This document shows positions 38,060 through 45,865 of a stretch of 64,000 nt of DNA, one piece after another (position 1 is the stretch's first letter; every line of letters starts with the position of its first letter). The position numbers and the translations under genes were made by a program. Below the pieces are notes generated by a model. It worked only from the letters and a program-made list of their open reading frames with translations. It was not told the DNA's origin and did not search any database. The stretch comes from Patescibacteria group bacterium (GTDB lineage: Bacteria > Patescibacteriota > Minisyncoccia > Phycocordibacterales > UBA918), in contig JAIEOU010000005.1 of the NCBI GenBank assembly GCA_019750255.1, forward strand, positions 14,078 to 78,077, given 5' to 3'.

Positions 38060-38845
38060 ATGGATGATCAGCAACAGCAGCCTGCTGAAACAACTACAGC
38101 AGCGGCAGCACCAACAGTCGCTGCGTCAGGAGCGCGCACCAGTCGACAGGGCATGTGGTATGTCCTCGCCTTTGTTGTAGTCGCGCTCATTGGCCTTGGG
38201 CTGTGGTTTATGATGGAAAAGGATGGTCGGGTATCGACGGGAGTATTTAGCGGTATTACTGCATACATGAAGAGTGGTGAGGCGGCTGCAACGGTAAATG
38301 GTGCTGATATCTCAGTGCTCGATTTCGAATCAACTTTGCGCCAGCTTACCGCCAACACTGCCGAACAAGGAGTTGATGTGGCTGACCCAACAATTGTAGA
38401 GGAGCTTCGTACTCAAGCGATCGAATCTCTTGTTAATACTGAGGTACTGCGCCAAAAGGCCGAAGCGAGTAATGTTACCGTAAGCGATGAGGACATCCAG
38501 GCACGGTACAGCCAGATCGAAGCGGGTCTGGGCGGAGCAGAGGGTTTGGCGGCACGCATGGTTGAGCTAGGTGTTACGGATGAAATGCTAAGGCGCGATA
38601 TCAAGAATGATATTCTCATTCAGTCACATCTTGAAGCGTCTATCGATCGTTCGGCGGTTACTGTTAGTGATGAAGAAATCCAGTCACTCTATAATCAAGC
38701 GACGGCCGGTGGTGCCGACGTACCGCCACTTGCCGATGTGCGGGAACAAGTAGAGATGCAGATTCGTAGTGAGAAGGAGCAGTCTCTCGTAGCGCAATAT
38801 GTTGAAGAACTGCGTGCAGATGCTGCGATTGAAGTTAAGATTTAA
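38060..38845 (+). CDS. SurA N-terminal-domain chaperone-like protein (membrane-anchored, no PPIase domain)
   Basis: Start ATG 38060. TM WYVLAFVVVALIGLGLWFMM, then a SurA_N-like helical region. Confidence 0.55.
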   Translation: MDDQQQQPAETTTAAAAPTVAASGARTSRQGMWYVLAFVVVALIGLGLWFMMEKDGRVSTGVFSGITAYMKSGEAAATVNGADISVLDFESTLRQLTANTAEQGVDVADPTIVEELRTQAIESLVNTEVLRQKAEASNVTVSDEDIQARYSQIEAGLGGAEGLAARMVELGVTDEMLRRDIKNDILIQSHLEASIDRSAVTVSDEEIQSLYNQATAGGADVPPLADVREQVEMQIRSEKEQSLVAQYVEELRADAAIEVKI

Positions 38846-38865
38846 GTAGACGCGACACGTAAAGA

Positions 38866-38900
38866 AAACGCCTCTCCCCAAAAAGGGGGAGGCGTTTTCT
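38866..38900 (+). terminator. Rho-independent terminator
   Basis: aacgcctctcccc-aaaaa-ggggaggcgtttt. Confidence 0.8.
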
Positions 38901-38980
38901 TGTGGTTTTTCGCTAGTCGACTTCACAAACACCCCAGAGACTTTCGAGTGTTTAAACAGGGTATACTTATCTGGTATTGT

Positions 38981-40234
38981 ATGTCGCCTGATCTTTTACA
39001 GAAGTCTAAACAACTTACCCGAAGTGCCCGGGAACGCATGAGTCTTTTGCGCGCACTTACCTTGCCAGAGCAGAGTGTGGTGCTGCTCGCGCTCACCCCA
39101 CACGTGCAGCAAAGTATTCTCACCCAGCTAAAAAATCATGAGCTGGTCGATATTCTTGACCATATGGATGTGAGAAGTGCCGAGTCGCTTCTCTCCCGTA
39201 TTTCCAGTATTAAGCGTCGCGATCGCATTGTCGCAGCGCTTAAGGGGGCCGTTAAAGATAAAATTGAATACTTCCTTCGCTTTCATCCAAAAGCAACGGT
39301 GGCGCTGATTAACTTTAATTATTTACTTCTCCCCGCCTCGCTTACTATTGGAGCAACGGCCGACGCAATTGATGAGCACTACAATGACACCGGGAAATTT
39401 CCTGAAGTGTTAGTACACGAAGCGGGGGTGCTCGTAGGTGAGGTGCCTATGAGTAACCTTGTGCGTGAGCGTAATACTACCTTATTGCGTAAGCAAGTGG
39501 TGCCGGTAGCAACTGTTCCGTATCAGGCCGAAGTGGCTGATATTGTAAATGCCCTCGCTGGATCACAAAAGCGGAAGGTAGTGGTGCTCGACGTCGATGA
39601 TAGTGTCCTCGGTATTATTTATGCTGACGAAGCCTTGTCACTATTTGGGGATCGCCTGGATGAGTCGCTCTATGATGTTGCGGGTGTGGCTGATAATGAG
39701 CGACCGTTTGACGGAGCTCTCACTAAGTTTAAAAATCGGTACCGCTGGCTTATGCTGAATCTCCTCACCTGTTTTTTTGCTGGGGGAGTGATTTATCTGT
39801 TTGAAGATACGATTGATACGCTCGTGATTCTCGCTATGTATATACCCATTGTGGCGGGTATGGGTGGGAATGCGGCAGCGCAGACCTTCGCGGTCACATT
39901 GCGCGGCATAACGCTGGGCAGTATTTCTCTAAAAAACTGCTGGCCGGCCATTTGGCGAGAGGTGGGTGCGGGTATGCTAAACGGAGTTGTTATCGGTATT
40001 ATCGTGGCAGCTATTTCTGTCATTTGGAACGAGAGCTGGTTACTGGGCCTTGCCGTCGGACTCACAATGGTTGGGGCACACATGATAGCCGGGTTCTTCG
40101 GTGGGGTAGTGCCGCTTATTATGAAGCGTCTGGGGTACGACCCGGCCGCCACATCTAGTATTTTTATCACTACAGCGACTGACGTCGGTGGGCTTGTGTT
40201 GCTGCTTGGTCTGGGTACCCTCCTCTTGATGTAG
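38981..40234 (+). CDS. mgtE: Magnesium transporter MgtE
   Basis: MgtE_N domain, two CBS domains and a C-terminal 5-TM MgtE channel domain. The start is trimmed past the upstream terminator. Confidence 0.85.
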   Translation: MSPDLLQKSKQLTRSARERMSLLRALTLPEQSVVLLALTPHVQQSILTQLKNHELVDILDHMDVRSAESLLSRISSIKRRDRIVAALKGAVKDKIEYFLRFHPKATVALINFNYLLLPASLTIGATADAIDEHYNDTGKFPEVLVHEAGVLVGEVPMSNLVRERNTTLLRKQVVPVATVPYQAEVADIVNALAGSQKRKVVVLDVDDSVLGIIYADEALSLFGDRLDESLYDVAGVADNERPFDGALTKFKNRYRWLMLNLLTCFFAGGVIYLFEDTIDTLVILAMYIPIVAGMGGNAAAQTFAVTLRGITLGSISLKNCWPAIWREVGAGMLNGVVIGIIVAAISVIWNESWLLGLAVGLTMVGAHMIAGFFGGVVPLIMKRLGYDPAATSSIFITTATDVGGLVLLLGLGTLLLM

Positions 40235-40245
40235 AGAGGGTGCGC

Positions 40246-40605
40246 TTATTTTTTTGCGTGACTGCGGCAGCGGCCACTGATAGATACCTCAAGGTCGCTA
40301 ATGATAAAACCGGGTAGCGAAAACTCCTTCGCCAGTTCGGCGTCGTTCGTCGTAAAGTGGATAACCTTTCCACACTCCGTACATACCGCATGGTGATGGG
40401 GTTCGTGCTGCACTTCAAAAAACGCCTCATCTCCCGCTAGGTGAACCTTTTTAACCGCTGACTCTGCCACGAGGTAGTCAAGGGCGCGGTAGATGGTAAC
40501 GAGGTTGATGTGGGGGAGGGCGCTATGGAGGGCGCTCGCTGAAAGTGCCTCACGAGAGTGGGTGAGGTAATCGAGGATTTCTTTTCGATGGGTAGTAAGT
40601 CTCAT
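40246..40605 (-). CDS. zur: Fur-family metalloregulator (Zur-like by genomic context)
   Basis: The ORF is trimmed to Met MRLTTHRKEILDYL. It has a winged helix plus HEPHHHAVCTECG and CxxC metal sites. Adjacent to the ZIP/COG0523 locus. Confidence 0.7.
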   Translation of the reverse strand: MRLTTHRKEILDYLTHSREALSASALHSALPHINLVTIYRALDYLVAESAVKKVHLAGDEAFFEVQHEPHHHAVCTECGKVIHFTTNDAELAKEFSLPGFIISDLEVSISGRCRSHAKK

Positions 40606-40878
40606 GAGTGTTTCCTGGTGGTTGTAGCCCGTCGCTTCCGCTCGCAGCGCAGACACAGTGTTACTAAGGTGAGGCGCGCACCGAGATATATGGTCAAGTC
40701 TCCTAATAGAAGGCTTATGGTGCCACGTGTCATCAAGAGGCTGTAATGGGTGCTCGGTAGTCCACACACAGTGCGCATAGGTAGATGATACAAAAGATTT
40801 AGGGATTTTAATAGTTCTAGTACTTCGATATAAAAAAGTGGGTGCGCGTCCATAGAGGTTGGCGCGCACCCGACTCGT

Positions 40879-41835
40879 TCAGACGCTTTCTGCGATGAAT
40901 CGACCCCTCGGTTTTAGGAGGGCCTGAATGGCGGCCGATTCCTCGGAGATGCCGTAGGCGAAGGGCAGGCAGTCTTCTTGTAGCTTCCAGGTCTCAGCCA
41001 GGAGATGGGTGAGCAGACTAGCAGTCATTCCGGCAACGTTTGATCGGGCCGGAGAAAATGCCATGGTCGGTGTACTGCAGGCCTCCACGGACACGAGACT
41101 GCAGTTGCAGTCGCAGTTGTGGTTGAGGACCATCCCGGTACGTTGCTGGAACACCGACTGCACATGGAGCATGAACGTATAGACCAGGCCAGCAGCGTGG
41201 AGGCAGCTATCGACGATGGTGTAGTGGGCTGGCAGTTTCCCACCACCCGCTTCGCGAAGAATCGACTGCTCTTCGGTAGGGTTTTCGCGCAAAGCGATGT
41301 GTGCGAACGAATGCCAGACGATTGAGGGCACTCGATCCCCATAAAAATCTGCGAGTTCGTCGAGGGCTGCCAGGACTTGCCTTGAGAGGGGGTTCGTGGC
41401 GTTGGGGTAGCTCGCAGTATCGAACCGCACTGCAAAACTGTGCCCGATGACGGCCAGGGTCGCCTGGGCGTTCGCTGTCCGGCCACGCTGTGCAGCGTAG
41501 GCTGCATGGGCACGGGCCCGCTCCACAAGATCGGGGTAAAAACCCTTGGCTTCGAGTTCCTGCCACTCGGGCGGCAGGCTGGCTGCGGCGCGGTCCTCTT
41601 TCTGTAGGAAGATATAGACCGGCTTGATGGTCTCACTGCGTTTACGCAGGTCGCACTTGATGCACATTCGTTTTGGTCTCCGCAAAGAACGGTTGAAGAA
41701 CAACTGGCACGTTGCCAGCCCGCTGTGCACGATGATTATCATGAACGGTGGGCTGGGAACGTACTTACGCGCGTGCTTGTAGGCGAGCTGCTTCAAATTT
41801 TTGCACCCGAGCCAGTCCATTTCCTGTAGGTGCAT
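40879..41835 (-). CDS. Hypothetical Cys-cluster protein (in the putative zinc regulon operon)
   Basis: 318-aa ORF containing CIKCDLRK and HNCDCNC clusters. Overlaps the upstream ATPase by 71 nt, so the true start is probably an internal Met. Confidence 0.4.
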   Translation of the reverse strand: MHLQEMDWLGCKNLKQLAYKHARKYVPSPPFMIIIVHSGLATCQLFFNRSLRRPKRMCIKCDLRKRSETIKPVYIFLQKEDRAAASLPPEWQELEAKGFYPDLVERARAHAAYAAQRGRTANAQATLAVIGHSFAVRFDTASYPNATNPLSRQVLAALDELADFYGDRVPSIVWHSFAHIALRENPTEEQSILREAGGGKLPAHYTIVDSCLHAAGLVYTFMLHVQSVFQQRTGMVLNHNCDCNCSLVSVEACSTPTMAFSPARSNVAGMTASLLTHLLAETWKLQEDCLPFAYGISEESAAIQALLKPRGRFIAESV

Positions 41836-42601
41836 GTTTTCTGATATTTTCTAGCGCTATGGCCATGGCTTCCGTGGTGGCAGCGTTTAATTGTGTGCTA
41901 TCGGCATGGCGTATACCCTCGTCATTTGGAATGGTGCCAATAATAGGTAATGAAAGGGTCGGAAGAGTATCGGAGGCACTGTGCTTGTTGATAAGTGCAA
42001 AGATAGGAAGCTGAGTATGAAGAGCGATGCGTGCTACTTCATTCGCGACACGAATACTGTTTGGGTGATTCTCGATTACCGTAACAATAGCATCAACACC
42101 ATTAAAGAGGCCAAAATTCATCATGTCTACTCCAGCTACCCCGTCAACTATCAGTGATTCCTGTGCTGCTAGGTGTAGTAATGGTAAGTAGAACTTGAGT
42201 GGCGCACTATGACCATGGGCACATTTTCCAGAGAAAAGAATATCTTCGGCCCCGAGACCGACGACAATTAGGTCGGTAGTATTGTTGATGGCGATAGTGA
42301 TACTGCGGGTAAAATCATCTTTGGGGTTGAGGGTGAAGGCGGGTAAGGTGCGACCATCAAGTACAATGTCGCTCCAACGTGCAGAGGCAGACTGTCGGAC
42401 AGCGACAAGAAATTCCGGGTGTGAGCGGTGCAGAGTAGGAGTTTGTTCGGAAACGGCAGCTCCCAGATTATGGGCTAGGTCCATATTATGGTCGGCGTCA
42501 ATTAAGAGGACGCGCTCATTGTCTCTATGTAGTACGGAATAAGCGAGCCAAGCAAGGCTACTTTTACCACTACCACCCTTGCCGATAAACGCTATTTTCA
42601 T
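41765..42601 (-). CDS. P-loop ATPase of the MinD/ParA/CooC family
   Basis: N-terminal KIAFIGKGGSGKSS deviant Walker A. About 278 aa. Confidence 0.65.
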   Translation of the reverse strand: MKIAFIGKGGSGKSSLAWLAYSVLHRDNERVLLIDADHNMDLAHNLGAAVSEQTPTLHRSHPEFLVAVRQSASARWSDIVLDGRTLPAFTLNPKDDFTRSITIAINNTTDLIVVGLGAEDILFSGKCAHGHSAPLKFYLPLLHLAAQESLIVDGVAGVDMMNFGLFNGVDAIVTVIENHPNSIRVANEVARIALHTQLPIFALINKHSASDTLPTLSLPIIGTIPNDEGIRHADSTQLNAATTEAMAIALENIRKHAPTGNGLARVQKFEAARLQARA

Positions 42602-42604
42602 AAC

Positions 42605-42619
42605 TGCAAATGATTTGCA
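42605..42619. promoter_or_regulatory. Candidate Zur/Fur box 1 (15-bp palindrome TGCAAATGATTTGCA)
   Basis: Perfect 7-1-7 palindrome in the divergent intergenic region between the CooC-like gene and the ZIP transporter. Confidence 0.55.
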
Positions 42620-42642
42620 TTATAGCGGGAACTAAGATAAAA

Positions 42643-42657
42643 TGCAAATCATTTGCA
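42643..42657. promoter_or_regulatory. Candidate Zur/Fur box 2 (TGCAAATCATTTGCA)
   Basis: Second copy of the same palindrome, 17 nt upstream of the ZIP start. Confidence 0.55.
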
Positions 42658-42673
42658 AATTTAAATAATACCT

Positions 42674-43579
42674 ATGTTAATTGAGATCTTGATTGCGGCG
42701 TTTAGTATCATGCTCGCATCGCTTGTGGGTGTCCTTTTCCTCTCGAGTGTAGCCCAGCAGTTCCTTAATGAGCGCCTCTCATACCTGGTGGCCTTTTCGG
42801 CGGGTGTCTTCTTGGTAACCGCAGGGGCTCTCGCGCTTGAAGTTTTTCATATTTACGAGACGGCACTGTGGTGGGGTCTTGGACTTATTATCGGCGGCTA
42901 TGTCCTCGGTTGGGTACTACAGGTGCTTTTGCCTGAATCCCACCATCATCATGATCCAGCGTGTGGTCATGGTCACGGTAAAGGTGCCCGTAAGCTCATG
43001 GTTGGTGATGCCATTCATAATATTGGAGACGGTATTATTTTGGTCCCCGCCTTCCTCGCTTCTCCCGCTATCGGCATTGCGGTGACGATCTCAATTTTGA
43101 TTCACGAAGCCCTACAAGAAATATCTGAATTCTTCGTGTTGAAGCAAGCGGGCTATAGCACCAAGCGAGCTTTGGCAATAAATTTTGGTATTTCCAGCAC
43201 CATTTTAATTGGTGTTGGGCTTTCGTATTTTGCCCTCGCAACACTTAACCTCGAGGGCGTGTTACTTGCTCTTAGTGCCGGATTTTTCCTCCACGTTGTG
43301 GTCCACGATCTTCTTCCGAAGCGGTCACAGCATGAATCATTTGGCGACTTTCTGAAGCACATGGTGGTGGTCGCGTGCGGACTTGCCCTCATGGCCGCGG
43401 TCAACAATGTCCTGGGAGATTCGCACGTACATGGTGATTCACATGATCATGGTGAAGCGCACGACCCTGAGCATCACGGTGCGCACGAAGGCACTCCAGG
43501 GGGAGCTGTGGTCCCAAAGCCAGCTGAGGAACATCATCATGGTGAGGGGTCTGATCATCATCACGAAGCTCCGCACTAG
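42674..43579 (+). CDS. zupT: ZIP family zinc transporter (ZupT-like) with His-rich loops
   Basis: Eight TM segments. HHHHDPACGHGHG loop and a C-terminal His-rich tail (HVHGDSHDHGEAHDPEHHGAHEG...HHHGEGSDHHHEAPH). Confidence 0.8.
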   Translation: MLIEILIAAFSIMLASLVGVLFLSSVAQQFLNERLSYLVAFSAGVFLVTAGALALEVFHIYETALWWGLGLIIGGYVLGWVLQVLLPESHHHHDPACGHGHGKGARKLMVGDAIHNIGDGIILVPAFLASPAIGIAVTISILIHEALQEISEFFVLKQAGYSTKRALAINFGISSTILIGVGLSYFALATLNLEGVLLALSAGFFLHVVVHDLLPKRSQHESFGDFLKHMVVVACGLALMAAVNNVLGDSHVHGDSHDHGEAHDPEHHGAHEGTPGGAVVPKPAEEHHHGEGSDHHHEAPH

Positions 43580-43585
43580 ATTCAC

Positions 43586-44644
43586 ATGAGTAATCCAGCT
43601 CCAGTTCCAGTAACAGTTCTCTCGGGTTTTTTGGGTGCAGGGAAAACCACGCTCTTAAATGCCTTGTTAAAAAATCGTGATGGTCTACGCCTGGCGGTGA
43701 TTGTGAACGATATGAGTGAGGTAAATATTGATGCCGAGTTAGTGGCGCGCGGAGAAGCCGCGTTTGACCGAACAGAGGAACGCTTGGTTGAGATGAGTAA
43801 CGGATGCATTTGTTGTACCCTGCGCGAGGATTTGTTACTAGAGGTTAGGGCGCTTGCTGCCGAGGGGCGATTTGATGCCATTGTCATTGAATCAAGTGGT
43901 ATCTCAGAACCACTTCCGGTCGCTGAAACCTTTACCTTTACCGACGAAGCCGGGCAGACACTCAATGAGGTCGCGCGACTTGATACGATGGTGACGGTCG
44001 TAGACGTAGCGCAGTTTTTAGACCTCTACCGTAGTAATGCTACTTTGGCTGATCAGGGTCAGGGTACAAGCGACACCGACGAGCGGACTATCGTACATCT
44101 TCTTACCGACCAGATTGAATTTGCCGACACCATTGTACTTTCCAAAGCTGATTTGGTTGCAGAGGAGAGGCTGGTTGAGCTACGAGCATTTGTTACTCGA
44201 CTTAATCCGGGCGCCCGTATCTTGGTTTCGGCTCACGGAATTGTACCGATTAAAGAACTCATCAACACGGGTCGTTTTAATTTTGAGTCGGCAGCGAGTA
44301 ATCCTGGGTGGCTAAAGGAGCTGCGCGGAGAACACCAGCCCGAAACCGAAGAGTATGGTATTTCTAGCTTTGTGTACACAGCACACAAGCCCTTTGACCG
44401 AAGCCGGCTGACGTCCCTGCTCGAAGCAGGAGTGTTTGCGTCGGTATTGCGCTCAAAAGGGTTTGCTTGGTTTGCTGACCGGCCCAAAGTTGCACACGTG
44501 TGGTCACAAGCAGGCAATATAATTAATCTTGACCCGTACGGTAGTTGGACTAGCGAAACCCCCGAGCAGAAGATTGTCTTTATTGGGCAACGTCTTAAGC
44601 GAGAAGAAATTGAAAAGTCATTGTCGAGCGCGCTTGTTGGGTAG
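43586..44644 (+). CDS. COG0523 CobW/ZigA-like GTPase (putative zinc metallochaperone)
   Basis: P-loop GFLGAGKTT, GCICCT CxCC metal motif and a CobW C-terminal domain. Confidence 0.8.
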   Translation: MSNPAPVPVTVLSGFLGAGKTTLLNALLKNRDGLRLAVIVNDMSEVNIDAELVARGEAAFDRTEERLVEMSNGCICCTLREDLLLEVRALAAEGRFDAIVIESSGISEPLPVAETFTFTDEAGQTLNEVARLDTMVTVVDVAQFLDLYRSNATLADQGQGTSDTDERTIVHLLTDQIEFADTIVLSKADLVAEERLVELRAFVTRLNPGARILVSAHGIVPIKELINTGRFNFESAASNPGWLKELRGEHQPETEEYGISSFVYTAHKPFDRSRLTSLLEAGVFASVLRSKGFAWFADRPKVAHVWSQAGNIINLDPYGSWTSETPEQKIVFIGQRLKREEIEKSLSSALVG

Positions 44645-44799
44645 TACGCCAGGCTAACAATCTGATGGGTAGTGAATAAGTCATGATGATACGCGTCGTT
44701 GCTTGTAACCCTAGAGCGCAAAAAATAGCCCGGAACAACTAATGTCGTTATGCGAGGTATGGTGCCGAGGTGAGGTAAAATTAGACGCCACAGATACCT

Positions 44800-45405
44800 A
44801 TGATACAAATCATTCTTGTTGTTTTTATAATGCTAGGGGCAAGCGTCTGGTGGTTTGAGGGTGGACAGTCCCCGTTCGGGGGGAGTGTGGCCACCACGAC
44901 GAATCCGGTTGCGGTGGTCGAGTCCGTAGAAACACTCCTAGAAGATATCGCTACAAGGACGGCAGTACGCAGGGAGGATGTGCTGGGGGAATCTCTTGGG
45001 TTCGTTGATGGAGATCTGCCGGCTGCCCTAAACGAATTTCCGGTGCGTTACCCAATGCAGATTGGAACGACTGCTGTAGAGGCTTCCGTTGCAACGTCCT
45101 TACCTGATCGGGTGCGCGGACTTTCTGGTACTAAAAACTTGCCTGACTCCGTTGTTAAATTGTTTATCTTTGAAACCGACGAACCCCACGGTATCTGGAT
45201 GAAAGACATGAACTATCCAATTGATATCCTTTGGGTTGATGGGACAGGTACGATTGTACATATAGCACCAAATACGCTTCCTGACACCTACCCGGAGTCA
45301 TTCTCTTCACCCGTCCCGGCTCGGTATGTCATTGAGGCTGTTGCCGGTTTTGTCGCAAAGCACAACGTCGCTGTCGGCACTCGCGTAGAGTTACCTACCT
45401 TGTAG
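44800..45405 (+). CDS. DUF192 (COG1430) domain protein
   Basis: MKDMNYPIDILWVDGTGTIVHIAPNTLPDT...ARYVIEAVAGF is typical of DUF192. Confidence 0.6.
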   Translation: MIQIILVVFIMLGASVWWFEGGQSPFGGSVATTTNPVAVVESVETLLEDIATRTAVRREDVLGESLGFVDGDLPAALNEFPVRYPMQIGTTAVEASVATSLPDRVRGLSGTKNLPDSVVKLFIFETDEPHGIWMKDMNYPIDILWVDGTGTIVHIAPNTLPDTYPESFSSPVPARYVIEAVAGFVAKHNVAVGTRVELPTL

Positions 45406-45420
45406 CAGAAAGCTTTCCAT

Positions 45421-45428
45421 TGTATAAT
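45421..45428 (+). promoter_or_regulatory. Extended -10 TGtTATAAT for rnpB
   Basis: tgtataat lies about 8 nt upstream of the predicted RNA 5' end. Confidence 0.45.
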
Positions 45429-45436
45429 AGGCAAGT

Positions 45437-45726
45437 ATGATGATCGCCCTTTCTTCGTAAGAAGGTGGGGAGGAAAGTCCGAACACGTCCTGGGTGACCA
45501 GGAGTAGGGTAGCGGGTAACCCCCGTCCGCCGCGAGGCGCGAGGTGCGAACAGAGACGCCCAAAGTGAAAATGATGGGCTTCCTTCGTAAGAAGGAAGAG
45601 TCGTCACGGTAACGTGTCGGGTGAAACGGCAAAATCCTTACCTACGTGCAAGGCCGTGCTATCGGTAACGGCGGCAACGCCCGAACTGATAGAGAGCCGC
45701 TTGAGGGTGATGGTAACATCATTCCT
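45437..45726 (+). ncRNA. rnpB: RNase P RNA (bacterial type A, reduced ~290 nt)
   Basis: Universal P4 motif GGAGGAAAGTCCG. AGGGTAgCGGGTAACCCC, ACAGAGA, GGGTGAAACGG, and AGAGCCGCTTGA (the P4 3' strand) are also present. The 5' ATGATG pairs with the 3' CATCAT as P1. Confidence 0.8.
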
Positions 45727-45780
45727 AGGTATATGATCATCCTGTACGCATGTGCAGACAGAATTCGGCTTATATACATG

Positions 45781-45815
45781 AAACGCTGCGCCACTTAAGG
45801 CGCGGCGTTTCTTTT
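45781..45815 (+). terminator. Rho-independent terminator after rnpB
   Basis: aaacgctgcgcc-acttaa-ggcgcggcgtttctttt. Confidence 0.75.
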
Positions 45816-45865
45816 GTGATAAAATAGTATCCGTACTTTATCAAGTAGCGTGGCGTGATTTATAT

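Noticed and set aside
38900-38980. Looked for an M-box (ykoK) Mg riboswitch upstream of mgtE.
   Set aside because: Only about 80 nt are available and they are mostly the upstream terminator. No M-box-like conserved helices are present.
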